DNA of 62,522 bases, counting the filler, from an uncultured archaeon (GTDB taxonomy: Archaea; Iainarchaeota; Iainarchaeia; Iainarchaeales; 1-14-0-10-31-34), in NCBI GenBank assembly GCA_964442255.1. It is 3 parts of 3 records of this genome, joined end to end, with 100 filler letters (N's around TTAATTAATTAA, not from the genome) between each part and the next. Parts side by side here need not be neighbours in the genome. Positions count along the whole stretch, not along the records: positions 23,040 to 44,640 come from CAYTYC010000024.1; 2 more parts are not named here. One strand, written 5' to 3'. Under the pieces are notes generated by a model. That model worked only from the letters and a program-made list of their open reading frames with translations, had not been told where the DNA came from and did no database searches. Shown here piece by piece: positions 28,682 to 36,424 of the stretch; within the stretch, counting starts at the first letter, position 1; each line of letters opens with the position of its first letter. The position numbers and the translations under genes were made by a program.

Positions 28682-28825
28682 ATGCGGTGCATTAAGTGCG
28701 GGGCTGAAATGCTTCACCAGGGAACAGAGGAAAAAGAAGGAAAACTGGTTATAGAGGTTTTCAGGTGCCCGAAATGCGGGGACACAATCAGGGAAAACAC
28801 GGAAAACAAGTGGGTGAAATGGTAG
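28682..28825 (+). CDS. Small CPxCG-type zinc-ribbon protein (47 aa; not in the ORF track)
   Basis: MRCIKCGAEM...EVFRCPKCGDTIRE; TTTAAATA box about 30 nt upstream; overlaps the start of the next gene. Confidence 0.75.
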   Translation: MRCIKCGAEMLHQGTEEKEGKLVIEVFRCPKCGDTIRENTENKWVKW

Positions 28826-30231
28826 TGCGAAAAATTTTTTTGGCGCTGCTTTTTGGGCTGCTGTTTCACGGGGCTTCAGCCGAATTCAGCCAGGACCCGT
28901 TAAGCGTTTCATCCGTGACGACGGACGTGGAAATAACCGGAAACGTTAAGCTGTACGGTGGCCTGAAGCCGGGGGATTACGCAGAGGTGAAGGTTTTCAC
29001 TTTCCGGGAAAGGGAGGACTTAAGGGTTTACGAATTGGAGGAAAAATTGTTCATCGGTGACAGGGAAATAGAGGCCGAACACAAGACAGATGAATTGGGA
29101 AACCTTTACGCTTTTTTTGAGGTTCCCGGGCTGAATGAAAAAGAATTCAGTTACAGCATCAAGGCAAAAGTGAAAACAAACGCAAGGAAAGGTTTAAGCG
29201 ACTTCGTGCTGGAAAAAGGAATCACGGGAAAAAATGCGTGGCTGCAGGAAACAGAATTAATCCAGTCCAACAGCAAGGAAATAAAGGAAATTGCGGAACA
29301 GTTTTCCGGGAAAACGTTTCTGGAAACATTGGCCGGAGTGAGCCAATGGACATACGAAAACATGACTTATGACGAGGAATTCGGTGCACGGGTTGAATCC
29401 GCGGTTGCGTCTTTTGAGGTTAAAAGGGGGGTGTGCGACGAGTACTCCAATTTAAGCGCAGCAATTTTAAGGAGCAAAGGCATTCCCACAAAATTTGTTG
29501 TGGGAATCGCGTTTGACGGGAAAGAGTTCAGCAATCACGCGTGGTTAAAGGTTTTTTCCCCGGAAGACGGGTGGATTCCGTTTGACTCCACTTTCAATGA
29601 AGCGGGAATAGTTGACGGCACGCACATTCCGTTCGGGGAATTAACGGATGTTTCAGCGGCAGTGGACGAGTTTCTGGTTCCCCAAGGAATTGAATTAGAG
29701 CTGGAAAAAAGGCTTTCCGTTAAGGTTTTGAACCATGAAAAGTTTTCAGGAATGATTGCGTTTGAGCATTCCTCCCCTGAAGTCGCGGGGGGAAGCAAAG
29801 GAAAACTGGATTTAAAGTTAAGGAACCTCAAGCACAAGCACTTAATTGTCCCGGTGAAGGTTTCCTTCCACGAAAAATTTGAAAAAAAATCCAAGGACAA
29901 GCTTTTGGTTTTAGAGCCAAGAAAATTTGGGACAGCTTCCTTTGAATTTGTTGCGCCGGAAAACGGGGAAAAAAAAATTTTTTACGGTTTCCTTGCGAAA
30001 AGCCTGAATGAAGAATTAAACGGAAGAATTTTGGTGGACGGGACAATTGAAAAGCCGGAGCCCGGAAACGGGGAGAAACAAAACACGGAAAACGGTTCAG
30101 CCGAATCAGGGGAAAACGGGACAGGGCTGCAGGAATTCGGGCTCACGGAAGAAGAGGGAACAGTTTACGTTTTAGCTTCAATTGCTGGCGCGGTGCTGCT
30201 GGTTTTAATTGCCTGGAAACTCAAAGGATAA
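28819..30231 (+). CDS. Secreted, membrane-anchored transglutaminase-like protein
   Basis: Signal peptide after a GGTGA SD; triad GVCDEYS...NHAWL...WIPFDST; C-terminal TM. Confidence 0.9.
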   Translation: MVVRKIFLALLFGLLFHGASAEFSQDPLSVSSVTTDVEITGNVKLYGGLKPGDYAEVKVFTFREREDLRVYELEEKLFIGDREIEAEHKTDELGNLYAFFEVPGLNEKEFSYSIKAKVKTNARKGLSDFVLEKGITGKNAWLQETELIQSNSKEIKEIAEQFSGKTFLETLAGVSQWTYENMTYDEEFGARVESAVASFEVKRGVCDEYSNLSAAILRSKGIPTKFVVGIAFDGKEFSNHAWLKVFSPEDGWIPFDSTFNEAGIVDGTHIPFGELTDVSAAVDEFLVPQGIELELEKRLSVKVLNHEKFSGMIAFEHSSPEVAGGSKGKLDLKLRNLKHKHLIVPVKVSFHEKFEKKSKDKLLVLEPRKFGTASFEFVAPENGEKKIFYGFLAKSLNEELNGRILVDGTIEKPEPGNGEKQNTENGSAESGENGTGLQEFGLTEEEGTVYVLASIAGAVLLVLIAWKLKG

Positions 30232-30266
30232 GGTAATAAAGGTTATTTTGGGGAATTTCTTTTTAA

Positions 30267-30340
30267 GCGGTTGTAGTCTAGCCTGGTTAGGACACAAGCT
30301 TGCCAAGCTTGAAACCCGGGTTCAAATCCCGGCGACCGCA
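30267..30340 (+). tRNA. tRNA-Gly(GCC)
   Basis: GCGGTTG/CGACCGC acceptor stem, CAAGC-TTGCCAA-GCTTG anticodon arm, GGTTCAAATCC T-arm. Confidence 0.97.
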
Positions 30341-30431
30341 CTTGCCGGTTTCGCCCGACAGAGACGAGATACGTCAACCCGTCCCTCACTCTGTTCGGTA
30401 TGGGTTATAAATATTGTTAATTACTCGCAGG

Positions 30432-30668
30432 CTATTTGTTGTCTTCCATTGGGCCGAACAATTTGGTTAAAACCAGTGTGAAAACAACCGCAATCAATGT
30501 TACAGCAATTGCGACAACTGTGAGCGTCATTGCCCCTTCACCCGATTCAATTATGGGCTTCAGCCATTCGGTAATCGCGTCCCTCCACATCAGTCCCGCC
30601 ACAAAAGCCATTGCGCCGGTTGTCAAAACAAGGGACTGTTTTTTGATGTCTTTAATTATGCTCTTCAT
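30432..30668 (-). CDS. DUF5654-like small membrane protein
   Basis: GAMAFVAGLMWRDAI motif, two TM helices. Confidence 0.75.
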   Translation of the reverse strand: MKSIIKDIKKQSLVLTTGAMAFVAGLMWRDAITEWLKPIIESGEGAMTLTVVAIAVTLIAVVFTLVLTKLFGPMEDNK

Positions 30669-30743
30669 TTTTGACCCCCTTTAAAAGTACTGTTTAAAGA
30701 AAGAAAAAGTATTTAAAAAAAGCCTGCCCCCAAGTCTTACTGC

Positions 30744-30868
30744 GCATCCGTGGTCTAGTGGTTAGGATCGAAGCCTTCCATTAACGAAAGTTTAAGTGAA
30801 CAGAAAGTGTTCAAACGGGCTTTCCCGGAGGACAGCTTCTGACCCGGGTTCGAATCCCGGCGGATGCA
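30744..30868 (+). tRNA. tRNA-Gly(TCC) with a 53-nt intron at position 37/38 (30781-30833)
   Basis: GCATCCG/CGGATGC acceptor stem; GAAGC-CTTCCA[intron]A-GCTTC; CTTC:GAGG central helix with 3-nt ACA bulge. Confidence 0.93.
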
Positions 30869-31255
30869 TTTGCCGGCTTTTCCCGGCAGTGGAACCTCCC
30901 ATGCTAACGCATGGAACTGGCTCGGCTTCGCCTCGCATTTGCCAAGTCCGCAGGGCAGGTCCGGTGTCCTACTGCCTCACTAGGTTCGGCAGTAGATATG
31001 CTCGCTAACGCTCGCATTTTACCATTTTCGCGGCAGGGGAGAAATACGTCAGCCCATCGCACAGCGAGGGGTTATAAATAGGGCTTATTTTAACCGCATT
31101 TGCCGGCTTTCCCCGGCAGCGGAATCCCGCCTGCTTGCGGGAGTGGAGTGTGCCCTACTCCATATGGCACTGGCTTGCTGACGCTTGCATTTAAGGGTTT
31201 GACAGCAGAATCTGGATACGTCAATCCATCCCTAAAAGAATAGGCCATAAACATT
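30869..31255 (+). repeat. Array of five ~65-90-bp hairpin-rich units delimited by GCATTT
   Basis: GCAT at 30866, 30935, 31014, 31096 and 31187, each followed by TT; units share motifs with the trailers of the other two tRNAs. Confidence 0.7.
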
Positions 31256-31271
31256 ACTTAAAATGCCAAAA

Positions 31272-31799
31272 CTATTTTGAGTGAATTGAACGGTAAAGTT
31301 GTTCAGCGGTCAGCCTGTTTTTTCCATCAAACCAGTCTAAAACCAAGGAATATGCGCCCTTTTTCATCCTTCTGTCATTTGACCCATCCAAAATCGCTGA
31401 ATAGGCCAAATTCGCACCTGGGTCTTTCTTCCTTCTATTTTTTACTAACCTAAAGTGTGCAGCGGTTAAGCCCATTATTCCTTTTGTTTTCATTATATCC
31501 TCAACTGAAGCGTAACTTCCTTTTCTCAACCCTTTCGCTAGTTTCCGTTGAGCGTCAAAAACATCATGGCTTAATTGTAATCCCGTAACCTTAGTCAAAC
31601 GGGCCATTTCTTTGCGGAGCCTAGCATATTCATTCACATCAGCAAGGGCCGGGTTCCTTCTTTCAAGCTTTACGGAAAGAATATGAAACTTTTTCTTAAG
31701 TTCCTGTATGCGAGCAACATTTCCAGTTACCATTCTTGTCTGACGCTCATAAGCCGCAGATCTTTGTGGGAGTTGCTTGGGTTTTCTGAGCACAATCAA
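31272..31799 (-). CDS. Hypothetical basic protein (orphan)
   Basis: TTG start after GAGAGGGA, own TTTATA box; MIVLRKPKQLPQR N-terminus. Confidence 0.65.
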   Translation of the reverse strand: MIVLRKPKQLPQRSAAYERQTRMVTGNVARIQELKKKFHILSVKLERRNPALADVNEYARLRKEMARLTKVTGLQLSHDVFDAQRKLAKGLRKGSYASVEDIMKTKGIMGLTAAHFRLVKNRRKKDPGANLAYSAILDGSNDRRMKKGAYSLVLDWFDGKNRLTAEQLYRSIHSK

Positions 31800-31880
31800 T
31801 CCCTCTCAAAAAAATAATGGCTGTTGTATATAAAAGTTTTTTGGGTTTTTTCTTATTTTTTAAGCTTTTTCACGAGTTCT

Positions 31881-32239
31881 TCAGCATTCCGCCCCTTGTG
31901 GGGCCCTTTTCCGCGGATCCATTTCAGACACCAATCCAACTAGTTTCTCCTCACGCGCAAGTCTAACTGCTTCCCTTATTCCTGCCTGAAGGACCCGTAT
32001 CTGTGTCTCTCTGCCTTTATCGGCTTGTTCCCTTTGGTTCCTCGCGTGAATTTGGGCTCTTTCAGCAGCTGAAATTCTTTTCGCCAAAACCAATCGGAAT
32101 TAGGGGCTGTTTCAGCTGCTTCTGTTGAAGACTTTCAGCAGCTGAAATTCTTTTCGCCAAAACCAATCGGAATTAGGGGCTGTTTCAGCTGCTTCTGTTG
32201 AAGACTTTCAGCAGCTGAAATTCTTTTCGCCAAAACCAA
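31881..32239 (-). pseudogene. Short orphan ORF whose 5' end is triplicated by a 73-bp tandem duplication
   Basis: The SD-bearing TTG at 32239 hits a stop within the repeat; the intact 70-aa frame starts at TTG 32093 without an SD. Confidence 0.45.
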
Positions 32240-32241
32240 TC
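32059..32241. repeat. 73-bp-period tandem repeat (37 bp x3 separated by two identical 36-bp segments)
   Basis: CTTTCAGCAGCTGAAATTCTTTTCGCCAAAACCAATC at 32059, 32132 and 32205. Confidence 0.95.
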
Positions 32242-32311
32242 CCTCCTGAAAAGGTATTAGGGCAAGGCAGTATATAAAGCTTTTTTCTTTCATATTTTTT
32301 GGGTGATTTTA

Positions 32312-32839
32312 ATGGATTTTTTTGAGGCCGTGGAAAAGCGGAGGTCTGTGCGGGAGTTTAAGGAAAAAGAGGTGGAAGAGGAGAAGCTGCAGAAGATTCT
32401 GGAAACAGTGAACCTTGCGCCGAGCGCAGGGGATTTGCAGGCTTACGAAGTTGTTGTGATTAAAAGCGCGGAAAAAAGGAAGGAGCTGGCTGAAGCGGCT
32501 TTTAACCAGCTGAAGAACTCCAAAACAGAGCCAATTTCCTTGGTGTTTTTTGCAAACCCTGAAAGAAGCGCGCAAAGGTACGGGGAAAGGGGGGAAAAAC
32601 TTTATGCGGTGCAGGACGCGACAATCGCAGCAGCTTACGCGCAGCTGGCTGCAACGGCGCTTGGTTTGGGAAGCGTGTGGATCGGCGCATTTGACCCGGA
32701 GGCAGTGAAAAAAGTCTGCAAGGCTTCGGAAGGGTTAGAGCCTGTGGCGATTATTCAAATCGGTTACCCCGCTGAAAAGCCGGAGAGGGCTCCGCGGAGA
32801 GAGTTAAAGGATTTGGTGAAACGGAAAGAATTCAAATGA
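32312..32839 (+). CDS. Nitroreductase family protein
   Basis: KRRSVREF, LAPSAGDLQ, LAATALGLGSVWIG, IGYP. Confidence 0.93.
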   Translation: MDFFEAVEKRRSVREFKEKEVEEEKLQKILETVNLAPSAGDLQAYEVVVIKSAEKRKELAEAAFNQLKNSKTEPISLVFFANPERSAQRYGERGEKLYAVQDATIAAAYAQLAATALGLGSVWIGAFDPEAVKKVCKASEGLEPVAIIQIGYPAEKPERAPRRELKDLVKRKEFK

Positions 32840-33735
32840 AGCCAAAAGAAAAAAGTGCTGTGCAGGGAATTGCGCTGGAAAGAATTTACAGGCTGGCGGA
32901 GTTGGCTGGGCAGGAGTTCAGCGAGCACCCTGAACGGAGCAAAGATTACGCGCAGCTCATTAAAAGGATTGGAATGAGGTGCAACGTGAAAATTCCTTCC
33001 GAAGTGAGGGAAAAGTTCTGCAAGAAATGCTTTGCTTTTTTGAAGCCGGGGGTGAATGCGGAAGTGAGAGTGAAAGAAAAGGGGTTGGTGGTGAAATGCA
33101 GGGAATGCGGGGCATTCAAGAAAATTAAATTAGAGAAGCCGGAAAAAAAGCTGGTTATAGGGATTACCGGCAGTTTGGGGACAGGAAAAACCGCGGTTCT
33201 CAAGGAATTCGGGGAACTGGGCGCGGAAACAATTCAGGCTGATGAAGTTGCAAAAGAGCTACTGGAAAAAAAGCCAAAGTTAAGGGACAGGATTAAAAGG
33301 CTTTTTGGGGAGAAGGTGTTTAAAGGGCCTGTACTTCAATCCAAAAAATTGGGGGAAATTGTCTTCACGGATTACGGAAAGCTAAGGAAACTGAATGCAT
33401 TGGTTCACCCTGAAGTGAAAAAAGAATTAAGGAGAAGGATTAAGGCAGGCAAAAAAAAGGTGGTGGCGGTTGAAGTGCCATTGCTTTTTGAATCCCGGAT
33501 GAAAGGGTTCTTTGATTTGGTGGTAGTGGTGTGGAGCGAAAAAGAAAAACAGCTTCAGAGAATGAAGAAAAAAGGGCTAAGCGAAAAAGAGGCGCTTAAA
33601 CGGATTAACGCGCAGATGAGGCAAGCGGAAAAGAAAAGGCGCGGAAACATTATAATAGAAAATAATAAGGGCGTGAAGGAACTCAAAAAAAAGGCCTTTG
33701 TTGTCTGGAACGAGGTAGTGGAGGAATTCAATTGA
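32836..33735 (+). CDS. coaE: Fusion: RNase P protein Rpp21 (aa ~1-99) plus bacterial-type dephospho-CoA kinase CoaE
   Basis: ERIYRL...FCKKC..LKPG...VKCRECG (Rpp21 Zn ribbon), then VIGITGSLGTGKT, ADEVA, LNALVHP, VEVPLLFE, RINAQM (CoaE) in one frame. Confidence 0.88.
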   Translation: MKPKEKSAVQGIALERIYRLAELAGQEFSEHPERSKDYAQLIKRIGMRCNVKIPSEVREKFCKKCFAFLKPGVNAEVRVKEKGLVVKCRECGAFKKIKLEKPEKKLVIGITGSLGTGKTAVLKEFGELGAETIQADEVAKELLEKKPKLRDRIKRLFGEKVFKGPVLQSKKLGEIVFTDYGKLRKLNALVHPEVKKELRRRIKAGKKKVVAVEVPLLFESRMKGFFDLVVVVWSEKEKQLQRMKKKGLSEKEALKRINAQMRQAEKKRRGNIIIENNKGVKELKKKAFVVWNEVVEEFN

Positions 33736-34205
33736 AGGCCGTTTACGCCGGCACGTTTGATCCCGTAACCTTCGGGCACCTGGATGTCGTGGGCCGCGCG
33801 CTTGGGTTGTTTGAAGAACTGATTGTGTTGGTTGCAAAAAACCCGCGGAAAGAGCCCCTTTTCAGTGCGGAGGAAAGGGTGGAATTGCTGGAAAAGGCTT
33901 TGGCAGGAAAAAAGAATGTTAAGGTTGAGGCATTTGACGGTTTGCTGGTGGATTATTTAAAGGAAAAAGGGCTGAAGTTTGTTGTCCGCGGGCTAAGGGA
34001 AATGATTGACTTTGGAAACGAATTCCAGCAGGCAATAACCAACAAAAAACTGAATCCGGAGATTGAAACAATTTTTTTGATGACTTCCCCAAAGTATTTC
34101 TATTTGAACTCTACGCTTGTGAAGGAAGTCGTGAAGTTTGGCGGCCCTGCGGGAGAGTTTGTGCCAAAAGAAGTTGAGGAAGCGCTGAAAAATAAAATGA
34201 AGTGA
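33732..34205 (+). CDS. coaD: Phosphopantetheine adenylyltransferase, bacterial type
   Basis: AVYAGTFDPVTFGHLD, VRGLR..DF..E, NSTLVKE; TTG start overlapping the coaE stop. Confidence 0.95.
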   Translation: MKAVYAGTFDPVTFGHLDVVGRALGLFEELIVLVAKNPRKEPLFSAEERVELLEKALAGKKNVKVEAFDGLLVDYLKEKGLKFVVRGLREMIDFGNEFQQAITNKKLNPEIETIFLMTSPKYFYLNSTLVKEVVKFGGPAGEFVPKEVEEALKNKMK

Positions 34206-34206
34206 G

Positions 34207-34678
34207 TTATTCTTCCCTTGTGTCTTTCCTTATTTGAAACCGCCTTAAATGCTTTTCCACGGTGTTTTTCAGGGCACGCCAGTTTTCCTCTGCAAATGCT
34301 TCCGGGATAAAAAAAGCCCTTAACTGGTGCGCGAATATCCCGCTAAAGCGGGGTTTGCCGTCTGGCTTTCGTTTTGCCTCTTTTTCAGCCCTTTTTTCAA
34401 AAATTTCAAGAAGGTCCAACGCTTTCCGCATAGTTGAAACGCGTTCCTTGCCGGGAAGCTGTTTCAGGGAAAACCTTTGGTGAAAGCCAGCCATTTCAAG
34501 GCCGCGGTTGGCTCTTTCAGCCTCGTCCCTTGAGGCGAGTTTGGGGGGGGTGCTTTCTTTTCGTTGACTCAATTAATTTTCTTCCCTTTGAGCCCGGCTT
34601 TTTAAGTTTCCCGGAAAAGAAATCAAACAGCCTTCTTAAAGGGCCTGGTTTCCTTGTTTTTCTTCTTCCGCGGGGCAT
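34207..34678 (-). pseudogene. Orphan basic-leader protein frameshifted at a C8 tract (34543-34550)
   Basis: ATG 34678 MPRGRRKTRKPG frame stops at 34517; removing one C joins it to the 34207 frame, giving 156 aa. Confidence 0.55.
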
Positions 34679-34777
34679 AAGCAAACCTATAAAAACCTTA
34701 TTTGGGGGATTTAATATAATATATAAGGGTTTGAAGCTGCTTATATAGGTTGAATTTTTGGTTTTAAAGTGGTTTTT

Positions 34778-35485
34778 ATGGTTAGAGCATATGATGTGCA
34801 CGGAACGGATTTGGTGAAAGGGCTGGCTGAAGAGCTGAAAAAAAATCCCGCCCTAAAGCAGCCTGAATGGGTTGAATGGGTGAAAACCGGCAGGCACAGG
34901 GAAAGGGCGCCCACAGACAGGGAATGGTATTACACGAGAATGGCGTCAATTCTGAGAAGGGTTTACGTTGACGGGCCGGTGGGAACGGAAAGTTTGAGAA
35001 GCTATTACGGGGGAAGAAAGGCAAGGGGAGTCAGAAAGCACAAGGTGTTCAAGGCATCAGGAAAGGTTGTGAGAAACTGTTTGCAGGCGCTGGAAAAAGA
35101 GGGGTTCATCAAAAAAGAAAAAACAGGCAGGGCGATTACAGCAAAAGGAGCAAGCCTTTTAAGCAAAAAATCAAAGGAATTGTTTGAAAAAATGAAGGCG
35201 GAAAAGTCAAAAAAAGCTGAAAGAAAGGCTGTTCCGCAAAAGCCGGTGCCTGAGAAAAAATTTGAGGAAGCTAAAAAGAAAAGCGAAGCGAAAGCAGAGC
35301 CAGTGCCATCAAAGATCCGGCACACAGAAACCGCGGGAAGGCGGGGCTTACCGCCGGATGAAACCGGCAAAAAAGAAAAGGTTGAAGGGCATGGAAGAGG
35401 AGGAATTAAGGAAGAAAAAACTGGAAGAGCTGAAGCAAAAGATGCAGGAAAACCAGCAGCAGCAAAACCAGCAGCTTCAGGCTGA
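34778..35485 (+). CDS. rps19e: 30S ribosomal protein S19e (eS19) with long charged C-terminal extension
   Basis: PEWVEWVKTG..RERAP...WYYTRMASILRRVY..GPVG...YGG. Confidence 0.95.
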   Translation: MVRAYDVHGTDLVKGLAEELKKNPALKQPEWVEWVKTGRHRERAPTDREWYYTRMASILRRVYVDGPVGTESLRSYYGGRKARGVRKHKVFKASGKVVRNCLQALEKEGFIKKEKTGRAITAKGASLLSKKSKELFEKMKAEKSKKAERKAVPQKPVPEKKFEEAKKKSEAKAEPVPSKIRHTETAGRRGLPPDETGKKEKVEGHGRGGIKEEKTGRAEAKDAGKPAAAKPAASG

Positions 35486-35714
35486 AATGAGGCTTGACGC
35501 GGCAATGAAGCAAATGCTTGAACCGGAAGCCAGGGAAAGGCTTAACCGGGTGAAGCTCGTGAACCGGGAATTGTATGGGGCAGCTGCACAGAATTTGCTT
35601 TACCTTTCCCGTGCCGGGCAAATTGAAGGAAAGCTCTCGGATTCAGGGTTAAAGGAATTGCTGGAAAAAATTTCGGGCTCCACTAAAAAGGATTTCACGA
35701 TAAAAAGGAAATGA
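35391..35714 (+). CDS. PDCD5-like DNA-binding protein (MTH1615 family)
   Basis: MEEEELRKKKLEEL...LEPEARERLNRVKLV...LKELLEKI...FTIKRK; conserved position after S19e. Confidence 0.9.
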   Translation: MEEEELRKKKLEELKQKMQENQQQQNQQLQAEMRLDAAMKQMLEPEARERLNRVKLVNRELYGAAAQNLLYLSRAGQIEGKLSDSGLKELLEKISGSTKKDFTIKRK

Positions 35715-35974
35715 AAATGGCAAAAAACAAGGAAGAAGAAAAAAAAGATTTCATGATTTCTGTGCGGGAAAAAATCGGCCCAAGCATCAGCACCGCCCCG
35801 GTTTGGCTTTACCAAAAGGCAAACGAAAGGCTGTGGAACAAGAGGCAAAAAAGGCATTGGAGGGACACGGATTTGGGCGGGCTGTACAGGAAGCACAGGA
35901 AAAAACAGAAAACAGGGGAAAAAAAGAAAATTAAAAGCGGAAAGCACAAAAAGAAAAAAAGGGGCAGGAAATGA
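35711..35974 (+). CDS. rpl39e: Divergent 50S ribosomal protein L39e (eL39)
   Basis: PVWLYQKANERL...KRHWRDTDL matches the L39e core; canonical position before L31e. Confidence 0.75.
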   Translation: MKMAKNKEEEKKDFMISVREKIGPSISTAPVWLYQKANERLWNKRQKRHWRDTDLGGLYRKHRKKQKTGEKKKIKSGKHKKKKRGRK

Positions 35975-36420
35975 AGGCATTCACTGTTTCGTTTCAGGGG
36001 CTGAAGAAAAAGCCCAGGACAAAGCGGGCTCCCGCCGCGATCAGAACGGTTAAAGGGGCAATGAAAAAAAATTTGCGTGCATCGGAACAGCAAATTGTTT
36101 TGGACCCCGAAGTGAACGAACTTTTATGGGAAAAAGGAATAAAAAAAATCCCGAAAAAAATGCGGGTGGAAGTGTTTGAAAAAGAAGGGCTGTTCACTGT
36201 TTACCTGAAAGGCAGCGAAAAGCTCAAGGAAAGGTTAAAAGAAGAGGAAAAAAGGAAAAAAAAGAAAGAAGAAAAAGAGAAAGCCAAAAAAGAAGGCAAA
36301 GAAAAAAAGGAAAACGAGAAAGAAGAAGCAGACAAAGAAATTGAAAAAAAGAAGAAAGAAAAGAAAGTAAAGGAAAAAATGGCTGAAGCGGCTGCAATAA
36401 AAAGAAAGACAGCGAAGTGA
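35971..36420 (+). CDS. rpl31e: 50S ribosomal protein L31e (eL31) with K/E-rich tail
   Basis: PRTKRAPAAIR...LDPEVNELLWEKGIKKIPKKMRV. Confidence 0.93.
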   Translation: MKAFTVSFQGLKKKPRTKRAPAAIRTVKGAMKKNLRASEQQIVLDPEVNELLWEKGIKKIPKKMRVEVFEKEGLFTVYLKGSEKLKERLKEEEKRKKKKEEKEKAKKEGKEKKENEKEEADKEIEKKKKEKKVKEKMAEAAAIKRKTAK

Positions 36421-36424
36421 GCCG

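Noticed and set aside
32059..32241. Calling a CRISPR array
   Set aside because: The two spacers are identical, the repeat is an ORF start, and no cas genes are in the window; kept only as a repeat and a finding.
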